Source of the DNA: a virus
Lineage: Duplodnaviria; Caudoviricetes
IMG/VR virus record: IMGVR_UViG_3300027969_000114
Location: 1 to 59,277 of that record
Strand: one strand, 5' to 3'
Length of the DNA stretch: 59,277 nucleotides
Position numbers and translations under genes: made by a program
Shown here: piece after piece, positions 9,294 through 18,438 of the stretch
Numbering within the stretch: the stretch's first letter is position 1
How the letters are laid out: the number at the start of each line of letters is the position of its first letter
The notes under the pieces: model-generated
Database searches by the model: none
What the model was told of the DNA's origin: nothing
The model's input: the letters and a program-made list of their open reading frames with translations, nothing else

Positions 9294-9424
9294 TGTCTTT
9301 TTATTTGCTCAAATGCCATTTTAAACGTTTTGGGAATCTCGAATCTTCCCTTTGCTATTTCTATGTTTTCGCTTTGGTTATAGTGCGGTAACATATTAAG
9401 CATATCTAATATTTGCTTTATCAT
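9275..9424 (-). CDS. 49-aa conserved tail-operon micro-ORF
   Basis: MIKQILDMLNMLPHY..SENIEIAKG..AFEQIKRQWKK; ATGA-coupled to the upstream gene; homolog 38326..38475. Confidence 0.75.
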   Translation of the reverse strand: MIKQILDMLNMLPHYNQSENIEIAKGRFEIPKTFKMAFEQIKRQWKKSQ

Positions 9425-11409
9425 ATCGTTCTAAAATCGGTTAGTAATTCAAATTGAACTTCTCCGCTTGTTAGGTCGGTTGTGAATTGGTTAATAGTAT
9501 AACGTTTATCTCTAATAATTACACGATCGTTTACCTTTAAATTAGTCAAAAGGCTAATAGGTAAAACCGCCTTTAGTTTAAATATCCTAGACTTAATACC
9601 AAAAATATTATTAAGGTAGTTTGAATAGTAGTTATTAAATAACGATTGATTTTCAATAGCAAGAGTATAAGTAGATTGTTCCGCTCCAAAATTTAGCGTG
9701 TAATCTACCGCACTTATTAAGGTATCTTGACCAAATATATTAGCCGAAGTTACGCTTGCCGTAGAAGTACCATCATTAAATTTATAAGCCGAAACCGTTT
9801 GCGTTGATCCGTAATCGTAAAGAATAACGGGCTTAGGAATATATGGAATATAACTAGGCTTTAAAGCATACGCTACTTGTAAGTTAGTGCTAGTAAATTT
9901 AGTTCCTAGTATTGTTTCAAACGGAAGTTCTACGGTGTATTCTTCTCCATCGTTATCTAGCTCATAATACAAATCCCCATAAGGAACTTTAGAACGAGAC
10001 ATAAATTCCACGTTTAACCACGATTCCGCAGGTTGATATTTAAAGTTTACCTTCTTATAAGCCTTGCTCCGTTCAATATCGAAAACATCGTTTACTATGT
10101 ATTGCGTTATATCTCTAGTAGTTCCGCTTGCATACCAGCCCTCTAATTGCTCAATTCTAAATACTCCACTTACATCCGAATAGCAAGTAAGATTAAACAT
10201 TTTAAGAATTCCGCTAAAGAACTCCTCGATAGTCATCTCTGGCATATATTGATTTATAGCCATTGTAGTCGTAGTAGTTTGCGTAGTACTTTGCGTTACG
10301 GTTAAGTCGGTTACTTTTGTATACGTTCCCCCTATTAAAGTACCCGTTTCATAATAGTATACACTTGTAAACGAAATCGCTGCCGTGCTTGCAATATAAA
10401 ACGTATAAGCTCCCGATTCCTCTAAAGGTACTTCTAAGTACATTGGAGTAATTTGAGTTAAATAGCTTTGCGTATTAACTACAACTCCATCACGATAAAC
10501 ATAAAAGAAAAACTCTTGTGCATCTTGTCCGATACTAGGAACGCTAAACGTTATTGTTATGTTTGACTTAAATTGATATTCGGGTAACGTAGGCTTTACG
10601 TAGTTAAGCGTATCGCTAAATACGTTAAATATTCCTTGCGTTCCAGTAGTTGAAGTATTAGTTTGAAAGTTAAGCTTATTAGCAACCGTTTTAAGTTCAA
10701 ATGTTTCGCTATTTTTTAACCATAAAAATGCTCTAGTAAATCTTGCATCACTTAAAAACGCTCCTTCAAATGTTACCCCAAGACTAGAAGCTATCGCATC
10801 AAATACACGCTTTACCCTAATCGCTGGGAATAAATCCGTATGATAAATAGGGGTAGCCGTTTGCGATATATCCCAAATGCTCCCCGCTCCGTAACCCCAA
10901 ACATTCTTAGAAGATATTAAAGGAAACATTACATCGTTACCAGCCCCACCCGTTACACGAGTTTTTACAACCGTTCCCGTATAGCTAAAATTATATGCAC
11001 TTAAATCTAAGTCTTTTAAAAACTTGCCTCCAAAGGCATCCTTTAAAGATACAAGAGAACCAAAGAACGTAATTTGATAGTTATCTATTTTACCATCTTT
11101 ATAGCTTGCTTTCTCTAATTGAATTTTACCTTTACGAAATGGAGAATAATCTAGTTCTATATACGCATTCTTTCTCGTTCTAGCGTCGAATCCATTGTCT
11201 AACGAGTTCTCGTACCAATGCTTAAAAATTCGGTTGTTATACGGAGTCGCTGGAACGGTAAACGATTGGCTAAAATCCGTAAAGACTTTAGATATATCAT
11301 TAACGTTTTGGATATTACTTGTAACGCTTATTTTTTCGTCATCAAATAGCTCTATCCTTTTAGGTTCGTTAGTAGCATCGTCGTAAATATAAAGTAGAAC
11401 GTTAATCAT
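9421..11409 (-). CDS. Tail tip/baseplate hub-like structural protein
   Basis: Large beta-rich protein next to the tape measure; FSQSFTVPA motif; very similar to 38472..40460. Confidence 0.6.
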   Translation of the reverse strand: MINVLLYIYDDATNEPKRIELFDDEKISVTSNIQNVNDISKVFTDFSQSFTVPATPYNNRIFKHWYENSLDNGFDARTRKNAYIELDYSPFRKGKIQLEKASYKDGKIDNYQITFFGSLVSLKDAFGGKFLKDLDLSAYNFSYTGTVVKTRVTGGAGNDVMFPLISSKNVWGYGAGSIWDISQTATPIYHTDLFPAIRVKRVFDAIASSLGVTFEGAFLSDARFTRAFLWLKNSETFELKTVANKLNFQTNTSTTGTQGIFNVFSDTLNYVKPTLPEYQFKSNITITFSVPSIGQDAQEFFFYVYRDGVVVNTQSYLTQITPMYLEVPLEESGAYTFYIASTAAISFTSVYYYETGTLIGGTYTKVTDLTVTQSTTQTTTTTMAINQYMPEMTIEEFFSGILKMFNLTCYSDVSGVFRIEQLEGWYASGTTRDITQYIVNDVFDIERSKAYKKVNFKYQPAESWLNVEFMSRSKVPYGDLYYELDNDGEEYTVELPFETILGTKFTSTNLQVAYALKPSYIPYIPKPVILYDYGSTQTVSAYKFNDGTSTASVTSANIFGQDTLISAVDYTLNFGAEQSTYTLAIENQSLFNNYYSNYLNNIFGIKSRIFKLKAVLPISLLTNLKVNDRVIIRDKRYTINQFTTDLTSGEVQFELLTDFRTI

Positions 11410-12482
11410 TAAACTACATCGTTAATAAGTGAGAATGCGTAATCAAATTGAATCTCGTAATTTATATTCTTATCCTTTAGGCTAGTCTTTAAATCGGTAG
11501 CTGTAGTCTTAACTTCTACGGGTACTCCATCTAAAAGGATCGTCTCCGCTAAAAGCAAGTCTTGTATAAGCTCGTTATAATTTTCGGGAATCCAACCAGT
11601 GTTCAATCTTACGCTTTGGCTACCATTAATATTAAACGATTTTGTTTGCGCTCTAGCTACGTTATAATCTACCGCATCGGGTAACAATTTAAACGTAGTA
11701 CCCATCGTTTGAATAGCGTTCGTTTTGGCTTTAAAGAAAGTTAAGAATTGCCAACCGCCATAACGGTTAATAAATTGGCATTGAATTGGGTTATACTTAG
11801 GCTCACAAATAGGAGTAACTAAAATTTGAGCAATAGTATCCGTATATTCTCCCGTTGGCTTCCATAAAATAGTGCAAGTATTACCTTTGTCGTATTTAAT
11901 GCTAGTCGTTCTTAATGGTATCTTGTAAAGTTTTGCGCCATCTCTAGCTATCGTAACTATAACCTCGTTTCTACCTCTTAAATCCTTATAAGAAACTTGC
12001 AAAGAAGCTGGACTAATATTATTAGCCCAAACGTTAATATATGGATATTGCGCCTCCGCAATTCCTTCCTCGTAAAAATACTCAAGGCTTGTATTAGCAA
12101 GAGGCAAAATAATAGCAGTTGAACCGCTTTGATTGTAACCTCCGCTATAATTTGTATATCCACCAGTTGAATAGTTTGTAGTTGTATCTAATAACGTATA
12201 AGTTCCTAATGAAGCTTCTTTAAATCTCTTAACTTCATAGATTGCCATCATTGAGTTAGTATTATCGCTAGGCTTAATAGCCTCGATAAATTCCTTAATG
12301 TATGGTGCAATATTATAAACGTTCTTTCTATTAGTCGTGGAGGCTATGGACTTTGTAAAAATATAAGTTGCTACATCGGGTCTTGAGTTTGGGTTATTCC
12401 AAATTCTTAACTCTATTCTTGAGCCTAGTTGAGCCGTTTCGTTTACTTCAATAAAGTAAGGACTTCTTGCGTAAAGTATCAT
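11409..12482 (-). CDS. Tail structural protein (distal-tail-like)
   Basis: FINRYGGWQF and LNTGWI motifs; tail operon; homolog 40460..41536. Confidence 0.55.
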   Translation of the reverse strand: MILYARSPYFIEVNETAQLGSRIELRIWNNPNSRPDVATYIFTKSIASTTNRKNVYNIAPYIKEFIEAIKPSDNTNSMMAIYEVKRFKEASLGTYTLLDTTTNYSTGGYTNYSGGYNQSGSTAIILPLANTSLEYFYEEGIAEAQYPYINVWANNISPASLQVSYKDLRGRNEVIVTIARDGAKLYKIPLRTTSIKYDKGNTCTILWKPTGEYTDTIAQILVTPICEPKYNPIQCQFINRYGGWQFLTFFKAKTNAIQTMGTTFKLLPDAVDYNVARAQTKSFNINGSQSVRLNTGWIPENYNELIQDLLLAETILLDGVPVEVKTTATDLKTSLKDKNINYEIQFDYAFSLINDVV

Positions 12483-13015
12483 TTTTTATTTGCTAATTTA
12501 TAACTTATAATAGTATCTATGTCGGCTTTAAATGCTTTAATTAATTCTTTACCTAAGTATTTATCCTTTGCCCTTTCAAATGGCTTTGTAAAGAATAAAG
12601 AAGGACGAATCCCCGTTTGATAAATGCTTCTAGTAATTATAAAAGCGGTAGATTGATAACTCAAAAACTTACCGCTCTTTTTATCTCTAAATTGTATGCC
12701 TTTAACTTTTACCCACTTATCTATTCCTTCGGTTAATCCTCCTTCTCTACCTTTTCCACTTCCAAACTTATAAGGGCTATTAGGGGCTTTAGCACTTTTA
12801 GATTTTCCTTGAACACCTAAATCTTGATAAGCTCCGTAATCCTCCATCGAGAAATTAATTAAAGAATAATTATCCTCTTTCAATACTTCGCTTTTAAGGC
12901 TATTATAAAGTTTACTAGAAACGTTCTTACCGCCTTTGGTTAGATTGCTTCGTGATTGTTGAATAACGTAGCCTCTAAACTTCTTAATTAAATCGTCTAC
13001 GTTCTTTAGTACCAT
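12479..13015 (-). CDS. Putative tail completion/neck protein
   Basis: Basic; LYNS, Y.D.GV.G and IY..GI.P.LFFTKPF motifs; homolog 41533..42075. Confidence 0.55.
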   Translation of the reverse strand: MVLKNVDDLIKKFRGYVIQQSRSNLTKGGKNVSSKLYNSLKSEVLKEDNYSLINFSMEDYGAYQDLGVQGKSKSAKAPNSPYKFGSGKGREGGLTEGIDKWVKVKGIQFRDKKSGKFLSYQSTAFIITRSIYQTGIRPSLFFTKPFERAKDKYLGKELIKAFKADIDTIISYKLANKK

Positions 13016-13471
13016 TTAGCAAATAGTCATATCGTTAGGAATAGTAACGTCGAACGTTAGCGTCCATCCCGCTACTTTATTTTCAAATCGATCCGTAAAC
13101 GGTTCGGCATTTGGAGCGGTAGTTACTTGAATCAAATAAGAAAATAAACTTCCTCTCATAAGCTCGCTAGATAACCTAGACCCTAAAATAAGTTGTGTAT
13201 TTAATACATCTTGCTCATTATCGTTACCATCCCAAATATTAGTAACCTCTTCCTTGCTTTCATCTACCAAATCCATAAGTAAAATCGAAATATTTAAGGA
13301 AGTTGTACTTTCTCCTAATTGCGCATTATTCACAATAATATGCGATAACGGGTAAATAGTTTGCTTGCTCAAATCTACCTTGAAAATATCCCCAATAGTA
13401 ACGGTATTAATTACACCCGTATTTTTTAGGTAGTCTTTTAAAGTATTTACTATGTAATAATATCCGTTCAT
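13016..13471 (-). CDS. Putative tail terminator protein
   Basis: Acidic; YPLSHI and EPF.DRFEN..AGW motifs; homolog 42075..42533. Confidence 0.55.
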   Translation of the reverse strand: MNGYYYIVNTLKDYLKNTGVINTVTIGDIFKVDLSKQTIYPLSHIIVNNAQLGESTTSLNISILLMDLVDESKEEVTNIWDGNDNEQDVLNTQLILGSRLSSELMRGSLFSYLIQVTTAPNAEPFTDRFENKVAGWTLTFDVTIPNDMTIC

Positions 13472-13732
13472 TATTTTTGATTTTTAATCATTTTAACCTC
13501 TAAGTTATTCTTTTGCTTTTCAAAAGTTAAGAACATCAAACACTGATGAACGCTAAGTTTTGAAATTTCATCAAATCTTCTAACATCTCCTTGAGCGAGA
13601 GCATAGAGAGAGCTATACCATCCCCATCGTTTGCCAAATTGTGCTTGTTCACTATATCCGTTATCTTCGGATTCTCCTCCAAATAGGTCAGCGTACTTTT
13701 CAATAATTCGTTGCCTAAATGATAAAAAAAAA
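13471..13732 (-). CDS. -1 frameshift extension of the tail chaperone (G/GT-like, about 247-aa fusion)
   Basis: GTT TTT TTT TAT with the T9 at 13724..13732. The -1 frame LSFRQRIIEKYADLF..FGKRWGWYSSLYALAQGD.. is open to a TAA at 13471 overlapping the next ATG; conserved in B. Confidence 0.8.
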
Positions 13733-14213
13733 CCACCGCACCTAAAACAACATCAAGCGGAGCGTGTCTCATAACATCCGAGTAAGTTACCGATCCTTTG
13801 TATTCTTCTATCTCGTACCTATCTCCCGCCTTATTTGTAATCGGTCTATATAGTACCGCCATAGCTTTGTGCATCTCGTCCCAATCGGTAATATAGGTAT
13901 CTAAATCTACATACTCGCCTTGAGTCATATCGTCAAGGTTTGGTATAAATCCAAACTCCGCACCGCCAATTTTAAACCGTTGTATTAACTTATGATTGCT
14001 ATTAAATAACAATCCTAAATTGCTTGTTATGCTTGCGACATCTTTTCTTTTAATGTTTGCGACATCTCTTAAATCAATACCGCAAAAAATCTGTACCATC
14101 TTTTGGTGCAAGAATTCGCTCTCTTCGTTTTCTTTGGCAATCTTTAGAAATTTTTGGTATTGAAGTAACTTAATTTCTTTTAGATGCGTTGGAATTGTTA
14201 GCTCTAGCTTCAT
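13536..14213 (-). CDS. Tail assembly chaperone (0-frame product)
   Basis: First gene of the tail operon; contains a T9 slippery run; homolog 42598..43275. Confidence 0.65.
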   Translation of the reverse strand: MKLELTIPTHLKEIKLLQYQKFLKIAKENEESEFLHQKMVQIFCGIDLRDVANIKRKDVASITSNLGLLFNSNHKLIQRFKIGGAEFGFIPNLDDMTQGEYVDLDTYITDWDEMHKAMAVLYRPITNKAGDRYEIEEYKGSVTYSDVMRHAPLDVVLGAVVFFYHLGNELLKSTLTYLEENPKITDIVNKHNLANDGDGIALSMLSLKEMLEDLMKFQNLAFISV

Positions 14214-14217
14214 AATC

Positions 14218-14243
14218 TATAAACGTTATTTGTTGTTTTTTGT
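14218..14243 (-). promoter_or_regulatory. Phage late promoter ACAA-N14-CGTTTATA
   Basis: Motif 4 nt upstream of the ATG at 14213. Confidence 0.75.
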
Positions 14244-14244
14244 A

Positions 14245-15456
14245 TTAGTAGACAAAATACTTCCCGTTATTGGGGTTTGATAATTGATAGAATACGTTGT
14301 AACGTATGGCATCGATAGCGTGGTTAAAGTTATCGACCACAAGCCCAGATTTTTTATCTGAGTATATGTAATTGTTGAGTTCTTTTCCAATGTTTTGCGA
14401 GTTAGATTCTATGATTAATTCGTAGTCTTGCATAAGAGCAAGTCCAGCGGTAATACTTCCCGCTCCTTTAGCGGTCGCAATTATGTTACATCCTTGAGAT
14501 TGAAGCTCGGCTATAAGTCTAGGCTCGGCACTATCCGCTACGATTAAACTTTTAGCACAAACACGCTTGTTTATTTGCGCTATCTCGCTGGTGGTTAGCT
14601 TTGGTTTATATAAATGCTCCTTAATGTATATTTTACGCTTAGTCTTATCTATGGCTACTTCTACTAAGGTTGTAGGATCAATAGAGAAACCAAAATCTTG
14701 CCCAAATGAAGTTTGTAAGTTATCGGGATTAAATGCCCCATAAGACCAATTAGTAAATACAACTCCTTCCGCTTTGTCTAGCCATCCTCCTAAAATCGTA
14801 TGCTCGTATTTACGCTTATTATTATTCTCTAAAGATTCAATTTGATTTAAGAACGATTCACTAAGGTATTCAATATTATCCTTGTACGTGGTATGTATGT
14901 AAGTTGTATCGCCTTTTGTTAGTGAGTTTCCATCTTGTATACCTTTCTCTTCAAAGAATCTACCATAAATAAAGTGTTCTTTTGTAGTCGGATTTAGAAT
15001 AAGAATAACTCGGTTTTGTCTTTGGCTATTACGAATCGAGAAGTCTATCTTATCAAATATATCTTCGTCCGTTAGCTCTTCGGCTTCGTCTAGTATCCAA
15101 GTGGTTACACCTTGCAAGGATTTTAAATTAGCGGTTTGAGTTCCGCTTGAAGTTTTAATCCCCCTAAAAAGAATCTTTGAATTAGTGCGAGTGTTAATAA
15201 TCTCGTCTTTGGTAATATAGAAATCGGATTCTAGCCCCGCCATTTCTATCTTCTCTACAAACTCGGGTATAATTGAGATATGAGCCGAAGTAAGAGTATA
15301 TCTAGTAAATAGTATTACGTGTCCGACTTCGTACGTTAGAAGCAAAAGGAAGGAGTTTAGAGCAAATGATTTACCCGAACCCCTTCCTCCCGTAATTACA
15401 AAGTAACGACTATCGCTTTCAAATAGTGGAACGTATTTACTATTTAATTCTATCAC
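14245..15456 (-). CDS. terL: Terminase large subunit, PBSX/SPP1 type
   Basis: GGRGSGKS Walker A, WILDEAEE Walker B, LNP, G.DFGFS.DP, DSAEP, NHAIDAIRY. Confidence 0.95.
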   Translation of the reverse strand: MIELNSKYVPLFESDSRYFVITGGRGSGKSFALNSFLLLLTYEVGHVILFTRYTLTSAHISIIPEFVEKIEMAGLESDFYITKDEIINTRTNSKILFRGIKTSSGTQTANLKSLQGVTTWILDEAEELTDEDIFDKIDFSIRNSQRQNRVILILNPTTKEHFIYGRFFEEKGIQDGNSLTKGDTTYIHTTYKDNIEYLSESFLNQIESLENNNKRKYEHTILGGWLDKAEGVVFTNWSYGAFNPDNLQTSFGQDFGFSIDPTTLVEVAIDKTKRKIYIKEHLYKPKLTTSEIAQINKRVCAKSLIVADSAEPRLIAELQSQGCNIIATAKGAGSITAGLALMQDYELIIESNSQNIGKELNNYIYSDKKSGLVVDNFNHAIDAIRYNVFYQLSNPNNGKYFVY

Positions 15457-15716
15457 TTGAATTTAACAATATCCTTTATATCAAAGTCGTTAATCGTATG
15501 CGTATTATTTTGATCTACCACTTGTTTAGGCATTCCGTATTGATATTGAAAGAATAGCTTAACCGCCCAGTCTTTGTGGTCTTCTAATGCTTGCAATAAA
15601 ACCGCAAAAGCTTTAGGCTCTAATGGAGTTAATTTCTCTACTAGAGATTGTTCTTCGGCTTTGGACTTACGACCCGCTCCTTCTCTTGCGCCTCCTCTTT
15701 TATCTATCTTATCCAT
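15453..15716 (-). CDS. Putative terminase small subunit
   Basis: RGGAREGAGRK motif, G.PKQ; coupled to terL. Confidence 0.65.
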   Translation of the reverse strand: MDKIDKRGGAREGAGRKSKAEEQSLVEKLTPLEPKAFAVLLQALEDHKDWAVKLFFQYQYGMPKQVVDQNNTHTINDFDIKDIVKFK

Positions 15717-15717
15717 A

Positions 15718-16149
15718 TTAAAATTTAATTGCTTTAGCGTCCGTGTTTTCTCTAATCTTATCTACTTCGTTTTGGTTATTATCGTAGTGAGTTCCAATTT
15801 CTAAACGTTTAACGGTCTCCCATTTTAAGCTTCCATTAGTAAAGTAAACTCTTGAGCGTGGAATCCCTAACTCGTCCGCTACCTTATAAACTTCTTTGCT
15901 ATCGCTTTCTTGTCTTCTAGTAATAATGTAAACGGTCTTATTGTCGTTCATTAATCTCTTAGCAATATCTTGCCCTCTTTGAGTGCTAAGCGTGTCATCG
16001 AAATCAAAAGACACTTTATTACCTTGCGCTTCAAGGCTACCGCTTGAGATAATTGCGACATATACTTCTGTCGCTTTTTCTTTGGTATCATATTGACATA
16101 AGCCAGAGCCAATTCTCCATTTACCATTTGAACATTTAATTACTGGCAT
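15718..16149 (-). CDS. HAD-superfamily phosphatase-like protein with short N-terminal Cys domain
   Basis: SFDFDDTL (motif I), IITRR (II), K, HYDN (IV); absent from B. Confidence 0.7.
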   Translation of the reverse strand: MPVIKCSNGKWRIGSGLCQYDTKEKATEVYVAIISSGSLEAQGNKVSFDFDDTLSTQRGQDIAKRLMNDNKTVYIITRRQESDSKEVYKVADELGIPRSRVYFTNGSLKWETVKRLEIGTHYDNNQNEVDKIRENTDAKAIKF

Positions 16150-16570
16150 TTTCTTCTAAGTGAACGTTATAAACTTGTCTAATTTGTCCGATATAATCTC
16201 GCCAACAAGAAGAACAACTAGAGTTCTCTAAACGGATTCCAAAGATTCTAAAATAAATATCCGTTAAATCCCATTGCGTTTTAGGGGGTATTTCGTTTTG
16301 TGGTTTACTAAAGAAGTCTTGTAAGTATTCAAAGTCCTCTACTTGTAAACATTGCGGTTTACGATAAGACCAAAGTTGGTTTAACTTCTCTTTGCGTTCG
16401 TCACATCCACAATCCCAATCTAAGGCTTTAGATAATAAAGTAATTCCCGCCTTAATTCCCGTTGCGGTTGTGATTGCCTCAATGGTATCCCCTAGCCCTT
16501 GAGCGTTTGCAAATGTAGCAACCTCTTTAGGCTCTACACTAATTGCTTGTTTGTTTGGTTTTCTTGCCAT
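16136..16570 (-). CDS. Conserved Cys-containing protein (GLGD/CGC/CxxC)
   Basis: GLGDTIE..T..TGIK, DCGCDERKEKLN, CSSC; homolog 48784..49146. Confidence 0.7.
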   Translation of the reverse strand: MARKPNKQAISVEPKEVATFANAQGLGDTIEAITTATGIKAGITLLSKALDWDCGCDERKEKLNQLWSYRKPQCLQVEDFEYLQDFFSKPQNEIPPKTQWDLTDIYFRIFGIRLENSSCSSCWRDYIGQIRQVYNVHLEENASN

Positions 16571-16995
16571 TCCTTTAATTTTAGTTTGCATTTTTTGATT
16601 GTATTGTAAACGCTCATAAATCCTATGTTCGTTTCTCTTGAAAGTTTTCTAATTGAAATTCGATTATTAACCCAAAGCATAAATAGCTTCTTATCATACC
16701 AATCCCAAGTATCTATAAACTCAATATATGGTTGAGCTAGTTCTTCGGCTAGTTCGTTGCTTTCGTCTTCTCGTAAGCTATACTCGATATCTTGCGTTAC
16801 CTCTACCTTAACCACCTTCTTAGAATGTAAGTCCATCGTAAGGCTTCTAAGCGTATAGTAAAAATAAGCTTCATTAATATCTTTTCCATAAACTTTAATG
16901 TATGCTTCTTGGACTACATCTTCGGCATAATTTACCTCGCCAAACTTCTTAACCATTGCGACCCAATGTTTGTGCCGAGAGTAGATATGATCCAT
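16534..16995 (-). CDS. Phage ECF-like RNA polymerase sigma factor
   Basis: AEDVVQEAYIK (region 2) and SIRKLSRETNIG..SVYNTIK HTH (region 4); start from a TAATG overlap at 16995. Confidence 0.8.
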   Translation of the reverse strand: MDHIYSRHKHWVAMVKKFGEVNYAEDVVQEAYIKVYGKDINEAYFYYTLRSLTMDLHSKKVVKVEVTQDIEYSLREDESNELAEELAQPYIEFIDTWDWYDKKLFMLWVNNRISIRKLSRETNIGFMSVYNTIKKCKLKLKEWQENQTNKQLV

Positions 16996-17171
16996 TAAAG
17001 AAGGTAAATATTTTCGGCTACCAATTTCCAATAAATCTTATCGTCAATTCTTTGGCAATACTCGCCAAACATTCCGCACATAAATAAGCAAAGCTCTCGA
17101 GCAAGCATCTTATTACCCGTAAAGTAATAAGCGTTGTTCATTAAAGAAGAGGCTCTTTCGTCTGGTTTCAT
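16995..17171 (-). CDS. 58-aa protein, identical in A and B
   Basis: MKPDERASSL...YWKLVAENIYLL; TAATG-coupled on both sides. Confidence 0.85.
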   Translation of the reverse strand: MKPDERASSLMNNAYYFTGNKMLARELCLFMCGMFGEYCQRIDDKIYWKLVAENIYLL

Positions 17172-17395
17172 TATATCGATTTAGTTATTTCTCTATTAAG
17201 ATACCATCTAGCCTTTTCTAAGTCTTGCTTTCTATTGCCTTTCTTATCCGCTCTTAAAATATATTTGATTGCATTCCCTAAAGCAAAGTTTAACTTGAAA
17301 GAATCTATGATATCGATAACTTCGATTCCGTTACCTTGATAGTGCTCGGGATGATTAACTAAACTAAGTCTTTCATGAGGTTCTACGTAGTTCAT
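17171..17395 (-). CDS. DUF3310/SaV-like protein
   Basis: VNHPEHY, F.LGNAIKY..RA.KK and DLEKA.WY motifs. Confidence 0.85.
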   Translation of the reverse strand: MNYVEPHERLSLVNHPEHYQGNGIEVIDIIDSFKLNFALGNAIKYILRADKKGNRKQDLEKARWYLNREITKSI

Positions 17396-17520
17396 ATTAT
17401 TTTAGTTTTGCAAAGTTTAATGAAAAAAAATGATTAAACAAAATTTCTAAGCATTTATTTTATATGCAAAAAGATGCTATTTTCCATCATTAAGGTAAAT
17501 TATATCTATTAACGTATAAA

Positions 17521-17871
17521 TTAACCAACATTAAGCCCATAAGATTTTAGCAAAATGTTTAATTGATTGTTTAAAGTCTCTCGCTTAGTGTCATCTAGTC
17601 TTGCCATTTGAATCCCAATCTTGTAAAAATATATCATTGCCTCAGCTGCATCTATAAACTGCTCGGTAGCTCTCATTCCTTCTTCACTATGTTCGCCTTT
17701 GGGTAATAGAATCTCAACTACCTTTTCAAGTTCTACAAGTTGTTGATTTGTAATAGACTTAACCCTTTGCTTGTTAGCTTGGTTACCCCTCCAATCGTCT
17801 TCGATAATATGTATCATAGCTTGACACATTGTAAAATAGGTTAGTGCTTTGTCTTTGTCTTCTTGTGTCAT
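17521..17871 (-). CDS. Hypothetical protein
   Basis: Homolog at 50093..50437. Confidence 0.7.
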   Translation of the reverse strand: MTQEDKDKALTYFTMCQAMIHIIEDDWRGNQANKQRVKSITNQQLVELEKVVEILLPKGEHSEEGMRATEQFIDAAEAMIYFYKIGIQMARLDDTKRETLNNQLNILLKSYGLNVG

Positions 17872-18089
17872 TTGTATTTTTGGTTTAGATAGTCTTTAAT
17901 TTCTCGCACTCTTAAAAATGCTAACTTTCTCAAAGGATCAATACCAAATAATATCCGTTCCTTTTGCGATTTAAGACACGAATGCAAGTCGTTTATATAA
18001 ATCCCTTCCTTTAGAATAAATCTATCGTTAGGTTTAAGTAATTGAGCCTCTATCCATTCGACGGCTTTGGTTTGATTTGTAGTTAGCAT
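17868..18089 (-). CDS. Hypothetical protein (A only)
   Basis: ATGA-coupled ORF within the operon. Confidence 0.6.
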   Translation of the reverse strand: MLTTNQTKAVEWIEAQLLKPNDRFILKEGIYINDLHSCLKSQKERILFGIDPLRKLAFLRVREIKDYLNQKYK

Positions 18090-18090
18090 A

Positions 18091-18438
18091 TTATAATTTA
18101 GTTATTTCGAAATCTATTCTAGGATTGTCTTTATCGATAAATTTATACATTAGTAATCTATGGCAAAGTCTATCGTTTTCTATTACTCCGCTAGTTTGTA
18201 GGCAATCAAGTATAATCTTTGCAGAATTATCGAGATCGCTTCTATTCGATTGAAAGTAAACGTGTATCTCAATGCTAAACTTTTCTTTGAAAGGCTCATT
18301 CGGTTTTCCTTTTGCCAAAGCAAGTAACCAAGTAAATCGCTTTTCGTATTCCGTAAGCTCTTTAGATTTATAAAGCCTATTGTTTCCAATCTTGTACCCG
18401 TTTGATTTGCTAGGCACTTGCCCAAGTATTGTTATCAT
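18091..18438 (-). CDS. rusA: RusA-family Holliday junction resolvase
   Basis: PSKSN, DLDN..K.ILD.L, IENDR, PRI motifs. Confidence 0.85.
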   Translation of the reverse strand: MITILGQVPSKSNGYKIGNNRLYKSKELTEYEKRFTWLLALAKGKPNEPFKEKFSIEIHVYFQSNRSDLDNSAKIILDCLQTSGVIENDRLCHRLLMYKFIDKDNPRIDFEITKL

